A DNA stretch of 32,000 nucleotides from Vibrio vulnificus CMCP6 (GTDB lineage: Bacteria > Pseudomonadota > Gammaproteobacteria > Enterobacterales > Vibrionaceae), in assembly GCF_000039765.1 (NCBI RefSeq), contig NC_004459.3, positions 210,001 through 242,000 on the forward strand. Direction: 5' to 3'. The notes beneath the pieces were generated by a model. That model was not told the origin of the DNA. It ran no database searches and saw nothing but the letters and a program-made list of their open reading frames with translations. Made by a program: the position numbers and the translations under genes. Positions 28,273 through 32,000 of the stretch are shown here, in pieces. The number at the start of each line of letters is the position of its first letter. The stretch's first letter is position 1.

Positions 28273-28413
28273 ATGGACTTTTGGCTCGATTTGCTATTCG
28301 GTAATGCGGTAGGACTTTCTTCAATGATTGTCATATTTGGTGCACTAGGTCTAATGCTGTTTTACGGCGGTTTCATCGTTTACAAGGTCATGAATGACAA
28401 ATCTCCTCACTAG
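28273..28413 (+). CDS. small hydrophobic membrane protein, 46 aa (possibly DUF3149-like)
   Basis: Below the ORF-track size cut-off. A strong GGAGGA Shine-Dalgarno sits 4 nt upstream of the ATG. The product is MDFWLDLLFGNAVGLSSMIVIFGALGLMLFYGGFIVYKVMNDKSPH, with one transmembrane helix. A terminator follows. Confidence 0.6.
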   Translation: MDFWLDLLFGNAVGLSSMIVIFGALGLMLFYGGFIVYKVMNDKSPH

Positions 28414-28453
28414 ATATCGCCAAGCTCTATAATCTTTTATAGAAACGCTTTGC

Positions 28454-28488
28454 ACCGGAATGGGTTTTCTGCCTGTTCCGGTTTTTTA
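28454..28488 (+). terminator. rho-independent terminator after the 46-aa ORF
   Basis: Stem accggaa / ttccggt followed by a T6 run. Confidence 0.65.
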
Positions 28489-28562
28489 TTCTCTGGATTG
28501 ATCGTTTTCCCCCAACCGTTGGTATACTCCTGCAACCATTAATCAAGCTTTGAGATGCCGTT

Positions 28563-29144
28563 ATGTCTCACGACGATGATTTCGAACTTTTCCAACAAAT
28601 GATGGGGGATGTAAAGCCCATCACTCATGACACTGCTGAGCACAAGAAAAAACACCAAGTCAGTGAATCCCAATTGGCGCGGCGCGAAGCGGCGATTTGG
28701 CTCACCGAGGATAATCCGGAGCACCTCAGCCTTGATCACGCAGAAATGCTCAAACCTGATGACATGGTGGAGTTTAAAAGAGACGGCGTACAAGAGGGTG
28801 TCTATCGTAAGTTGCGTTTAGGCAAGTACCCCATTCAAGCCAGGCTAGACCTGCATAAGAAATCGCTCAAAGAAGCACGGGATGAACTTGTTCGCTTCCT
28901 TAAACAATGCATGAAAATGGACATTCGCACCGTCGTGATCGCTCATGGTCGAGGCGAGTTATCCGATCCCCCCGCCAAGATGAAGAGTTTTGTCACGACG
29001 TGGTTAATGCAGATTAAAGAAGTGCAATGTTGCCACAGTGCGCAACGTTTTCATGGTGGAACTGGCGCTCTCTATGTTTTGTTGCAGAAAAGTGCCGACA
29101 AAAAACTCGAGAATCGAGAACGTCATCAAAAACGCTTAGGCTAA
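28563..29144 (+). CDS. smrB: Smr-domain endonuclease SmrB (YfcN family)
   Basis: 193-aa ORF. The N-terminal DDFELF...MGDVKPI and the C-terminal Smr domain (ARLDLHKKSLKEARDEL...VIAHGRG) match the SmrB architecture. Confidence 0.85.
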   Translation: MSHDDDFELFQQMMGDVKPITHDTAEHKKKHQVSESQLARREAAIWLTEDNPEHLSLDHAEMLKPDDMVEFKRDGVQEGVYRKLRLGKYPIQARLDLHKKSLKEARDELVRFLKQCMKMDIRTVVIAHGRGELSDPPAKMKSFVTTWLMQIKEVQCCHSAQRFHGGTGALYVLLQKSADKKLENRERHQKRLG

Positions 29145-29164
29145 CATTTATTCAGTGCTAGAAT
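29136..29164 (+). promoter_or_regulatory. candidate extended -10 promoter for rluF
   Basis: TGcTAGAAT at 29156-29164 with a weak -35 (TTAGGC). An 8-bp hairpin (tcccttac / gtaaggga, 29178-29198) lies in the predicted leader. Confidence 0.35.
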
Positions 29165-29241
29165 GCACGCCCCAATTTCCCTTACAACCAGTAAGGGACT
29201 GAACAATACAACGCCGTTGTGAAACGTTAAGAGAGAACAAC

Positions 29242-30285
29242 ATGTCCCAAGATAACGCTAAACGCCTTAATAAATACATCAGTGAAACTGGTTTTTGCTC
29301 ACGCCGCGAAGCCGATAAACTTATCGAGCAAGGTCGCGTCACCATCAATGGCAAACAGCCAGAAATGGGCACCAAGGTCTTGCCTGGTGACGACGTTTGT
29401 GTCGATGGAAAGCCTGTCGCTGCAAAGGAAAAACCGGTCTACATCGCACTGAATAAACCCACTGGCATTACCTGCACTACTGAACGCGACATTCCGGGCA
29501 ATATCGTTGATTTTATTGGGCATAAGAAGCGCATTTTCCCAATTGGTCGATTGGACAAACCTTCAGACGGTCTGATTTTCCTAACCAATGATGGGGATAT
29601 TGTTAATAAGATTCTCCGTGCGGGTAACCACCACGAAAAAGAGTATGTGGTGCGAGTGGATAAACCCATTACGCCTGAATTTATTAAAGCAATGTCGAGC
29701 GGTGTGAATATTCTCGATACCGTAACCTTGCCGTGCAAAGTCACACAGGAAACCAAGTTCTCCTTCCGTATTGTTTTAACTCAAGGCTTGAACCGCCAGA
29801 TCCGCCGTATGTGTGAAGCACTCGGCTATGAAGTGTTTAAACTGCGTCGTGTGCGCATTATGAACATTTCACTCGATGGCATTCCGAACGGTAAGTGGCG
29901 TTATCTCACAGACGATGAGGTGACGGAAATCCTTGCGATGTGTGAAGGTTCTGTTGGCACCGAAGAAGCCTCTCGCGTTGACGCCAAAGGCCGCCGTATT
30001 CGCAAAGCCACCGACGCTAAGCTGTTTGACAGCCGCGAGGAAAATCAAACCTCTACTGCACGTCGCAACCAAAAACAGCGCACCTTCAAAGGCAACAATG
30101 CCGATGAGTTTCGCCATGCGCCAAATTCAAAAAAAGCGCAGCAAAGAAAGCAGCAGGATGGCGATAAACCGCGTTTTGAAAAACCAAAGCGCCAAGAGCA
30201 AGCTGGAAAAGCAAAACGCTATGACAATCCCAACGCAGCAAAACCCGTCAAACGCACGGGCGGCACTTTGACTCTTAAGAAATAA
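29242..30285 (+). CDS. rluF: 23S rRNA pseudouridine synthase RluF with an extended basic C-terminal tail
   Basis: 347-aa ORF. The S4 domain ([30 protein letters not shown]) and RsuA-family core ([31 protein letters not shown]) are nearly collinear with E. coli RluF. Confidence 0.9.
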   Translation: MSQDNAKRLNKYISETGFCSRREADKLIEQGRVTINGKQPEMGTKVLPGDDVCVDGKPVAAKEKPVYIALNKPTGITCTTERDIPGNIVDFIGHKKRIFPIGRLDKPSDGLIFLTNDGDIVNKILRAGNHHEKEYVVRVDKPITPEFIKAMSSGVNILDTVTLPCKVTQETKFSFRIVLTQGLNRQIRRMCEALGYEVFKLRRVRIMNISLDGIPNGKWRYLTDDEVTEILAMCEGSVGTEEASRVDAKGRRIRKATDAKLFDSREENQTSTARRNQKQRTFKGNNADEFRHAPNSKKAQQRKQQDGDKPRFEKPKRQEQAGKAKRYDNPNAAKPVKRTGGTLTLKK

Positions 30286-30303
30286 TATTACTCGCAAGCT
30301 TTG

Positions 30304-30333
30304 AAAAGGACGCTCCTACGAGCGTCCTTTTTG
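30304..30333. terminator. terminator between rluF and ybaK (convergent)
   Basis: Stem aaaggacgct / agcgtccttt, with T5 on the plus side and TTTTC on the minus side. Confidence 0.7.
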
Positions 30334-30369
30334 TTGGTCAAACGTATTCTATTTTACCCCTCAGAGAAC

Positions 30370-30849
30370 TTAAGCCTCTAAACAGAGTTCAGCAAAATGC
30401 CCTCGAGTGAGCATCAGTAAATCTTTGGGTGCTAGCTCAATCTCTAAGCCACGCTTACCAGCACTGACACAAATGGTCTCTTGTTGCCCTGCACTCATAT
30501 GAAGAAAGGTGGGCAGAGCTTTCTTTTGCCCGAGCGGACTAATGCCGCCCACGACATAACCTGTGGTTTTTTGCGCGATTTCAGGATCGGCCATATCGGC
30601 TTTTTTGCCATTAGCGGCTTTCGCTGCCAATTTTAGATTGAGTTTTTGATCAACGGGGATGATCGCTACCGCCAAGTTTTTTGCTTCGCCATTTAAGCAA
30701 AACAGTAATGTTTTAAAGACTTTTTTTGGATCTTGCCCAAGCACTTCTGCCGCTTCCAAACCATAGCTTGTCGCTCGTGGATCGTGCTGATATTCGTGGA
30801 TGGTATGAGGAACTTTCTTTTTCTTGGCAAGATTGATAGCCGGAGTCAT
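30370..30849 (-). CDS. ybaK: Cys-tRNA(Pro)/Cys-tRNA(Cys) deacylase YbaK
   Basis: 159-aa ORF. MTPAINLAKKKKV...HEYQHDP...FKTLL...GYVVGGISPLGQKK is collinear with E. coli YbaK. Confidence 0.9.
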   Translation of the reverse strand: MTPAINLAKKKKVPHTIHEYQHDPRATSYGLEAAEVLGQDPKKVFKTLLFCLNGEAKNLAVAIIPVDQKLNLKLAAKAANGKKADMADPEIAQKTTGYVVGGISPLGQKKALPTFLHMSAGQQETICVSAGKRGLEIELAPKDLLMLTRGHFAELCLEA

Positions 30850-30865
30850 TGTCTTTCTCCTGTAT

Positions 30866-30902
30866 AAACAAAAAGCGCTATCCCAGATCGGAATAGCGCT
30901 TT
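30866..30902 (-). terminator. rho-independent terminator after ushA
   Basis: Stem agcgctat / atagcgct followed on the minus strand by TTTTGTTTAT. It lies just upstream of the ybaK Shine-Dalgarno (AGGAGA). Confidence 0.7.
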
Positions 30903-30948
30903 AGTTAAAGATATCAGCGAGATTGAGTCAAACTCTTTCTCTTATCGA

Positions 30949-32000
30949 TTATTTGTAAACAATCTCACCATTTGGCGCGAACTTGTTCACATCGATTGGG
31001 CTGTTCTTCTCTAGGAACTCTTTCAGTACTTCAGCATCCACAAAACCAGTGTTCACGTAACCAGGGTGACCAGTCAGTTTAGGGTAACCATCACCACCCG
31101 CGGCGTTGTAGCTTGGTACGGTGAAGCGGTAAGTTTCATCTAGACGAAGCTGTTTGCCACCAATGAATACGTTCGATACTTTGCCGTTAGCCACTGTCAT
31201 TGAGATACCGGCGAATTGCGCGTAAGCACCTGAATCAACAGGTTTCGTTGCAACTACGTTTAGGTAGTCCAGCACTTCTTTACCCGTCATATCGGTGTAA
31301 GTCAGGATGTTTGCAAAAGGCTGAACGGTAAGGACGTCTTTGTAAGTCACTTCACCCGCTTCAATCGAGTCACGTACACCACCCGAGTTCATTACTGCGA
31401 AGTCTGCTTTTGCACGCTCCATGTGTGATACTGCGATCAAACGACCTAGGTTAGTTTGCTGGAAGCGAACCACGTTACGGTCACCTTCAAGCTTGCCGTT
31501 TGTGTCTGCAATCTTCACGTTAAGTTGCTCTTGACCTTTCTCTTGGTAAGGACGTAGGAACTCTAGCAATGCAGTATCTTCTTTAATTTCGCTTTCAATG
31601 AAGACGCGCTGGCTCTTACCATCGACTTCCACTTTCTTCTTCAGGTTAACCGGAATCAGATCGTAGCTCACCATACGTAGCTCACCATTGCGGAACTCGT
31701 AATCAGCACGGCCAACGTATTTACCCCACTCGTGCGCTTGCACGATGTAAGTACCGTTTTGTTGGTCTGGCTTACACTCGTCTGCTGGTTTGAAGTTTTT
31801 CTTCACCACATTTGGTGCTTCCATACAAACCGGCTCTTGCGAGTGACCACCGACGATCATGTCTAGGTCACCTTCGTTTAGGTAACGAGCCAGTGCCACA
31901 TCGCCAGGAGCGTTGATGCCACGCTTACCATCTTCGTAGTGACCCATGTGCGTCACGGCGAAGATCAAATCTGGTTTTTCTGTTTCTTTTAGCTCAGCAA
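30949..32000 (-). CDS. ushA: 5'-nucleotidase / UDP-sugar hydrolase UshA, C-terminal ~350 codons (5' end beyond the window)
   Basis: The reading frame stays open to the window edge (...AELKETEKPDLIFAVTHMGHYEDG...MIVGGHSQEPVC...). The track start at 31968 is an internal TTG. The sequence is collinear with E. coli UshA. Confidence 0.9.
   Translation of the reverse strand, partial: AELKETEKPDLIFAVTHMGHYEDGKRGINAPGDVALARYLNEGDLDMIVGGHSQEPVCMEAPNVVKKNFKPADECKPDQQNGTYIVQAHEWGKYVGRADYEFRNGELRMVSYDLIPVNLKKKVEVDGKSQRVFIESEIKEDTALLEFLRPYQEKGQEQLNVKIADTNGKLEGDRNVVRFQQTNLGRLIAVSHMERAKADFAVMNSGGVRDSIEAGEVTYKDVLTVQPFANILTYTDMTGKEVLDYLNVVATKPVDSGAYAQFAGISMTVANGKVSNVFIGGKQLRLDETYRFTVPSYNAAGGDGYPKLTGHPGYVNTGFVDAEVLKEFLEKNSPIDVNKFAPNGEIVYK

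Noticed and set aside
31987-31997. Third occurrence of the 11-mer CTTTTAGCTCA that forms the core of the shared chitin-gene motif
   Set aside because: It lies inside the ushA coding frame (encoding ...AELKE...), and the sequence diverges immediately afterwards with no TTAACG half. I treat it as coincidence.

Overview
Vibrio-type (Vibrionaceae) chromosome-I sequence, roughly 45-47% GC by eye. Positions 1-15.7 kb hold the polar-flagellum hook-basal-body region. On the minus strand: flgK (truncated by the window edge), flgJ-I-H-G-F, flgE-D-C-B and cheR-cheV. Divergent from these are flgA-flgM-flgN and the Vibrio H-ring genes flgP/flgO (minus) and flgT (plus). I can read -24/-12 sigma54 promoters in front of flgK, flgF, flgB and flgT, a sigma28-type promoter in front of flgM, and several intrinsic terminators. 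Positions 15.7-32 kb hold tRNA-Arg(CCU), an orphan low-GC 168-aa ORF, gltX, a DUF2057/YccT-like periplasmic protein and a chitoporin-like porin. Next come a textbook CueR-type promoter driving copA-copG, a GH20 chitobiase lipoprotein and a TraB/GumN protein. The window ends with a 120-bp tandem repeat attached to tRNA-Pro(UGG), a 46-aa membrane peptide missed by the ORF track, smrB, rluF, ybaK and the 3' part of ushA. I see no CRISPR array, transposase, integrase, toxin-antitoxin or defence-type gene, so I cannot support a claim of a new multi-gene system. The window is mostly core genome. The leads worth follow-up are (1) the tRNA-Pro-linked 120-bp repeat array, (2) the orphan two-repeat ORF between tRNA-Arg and gltX, (3) a 19-bp motif shared by the upstream regions of the two chitin genes, and (4) repeat and dyad elements upstream of the flgB and flgF sigma54 promoters. 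Several ORF-track starts (flgF, flgH, flgT, copA, chitobiase) look like artefactual N-terminal extensions and are corrected below.
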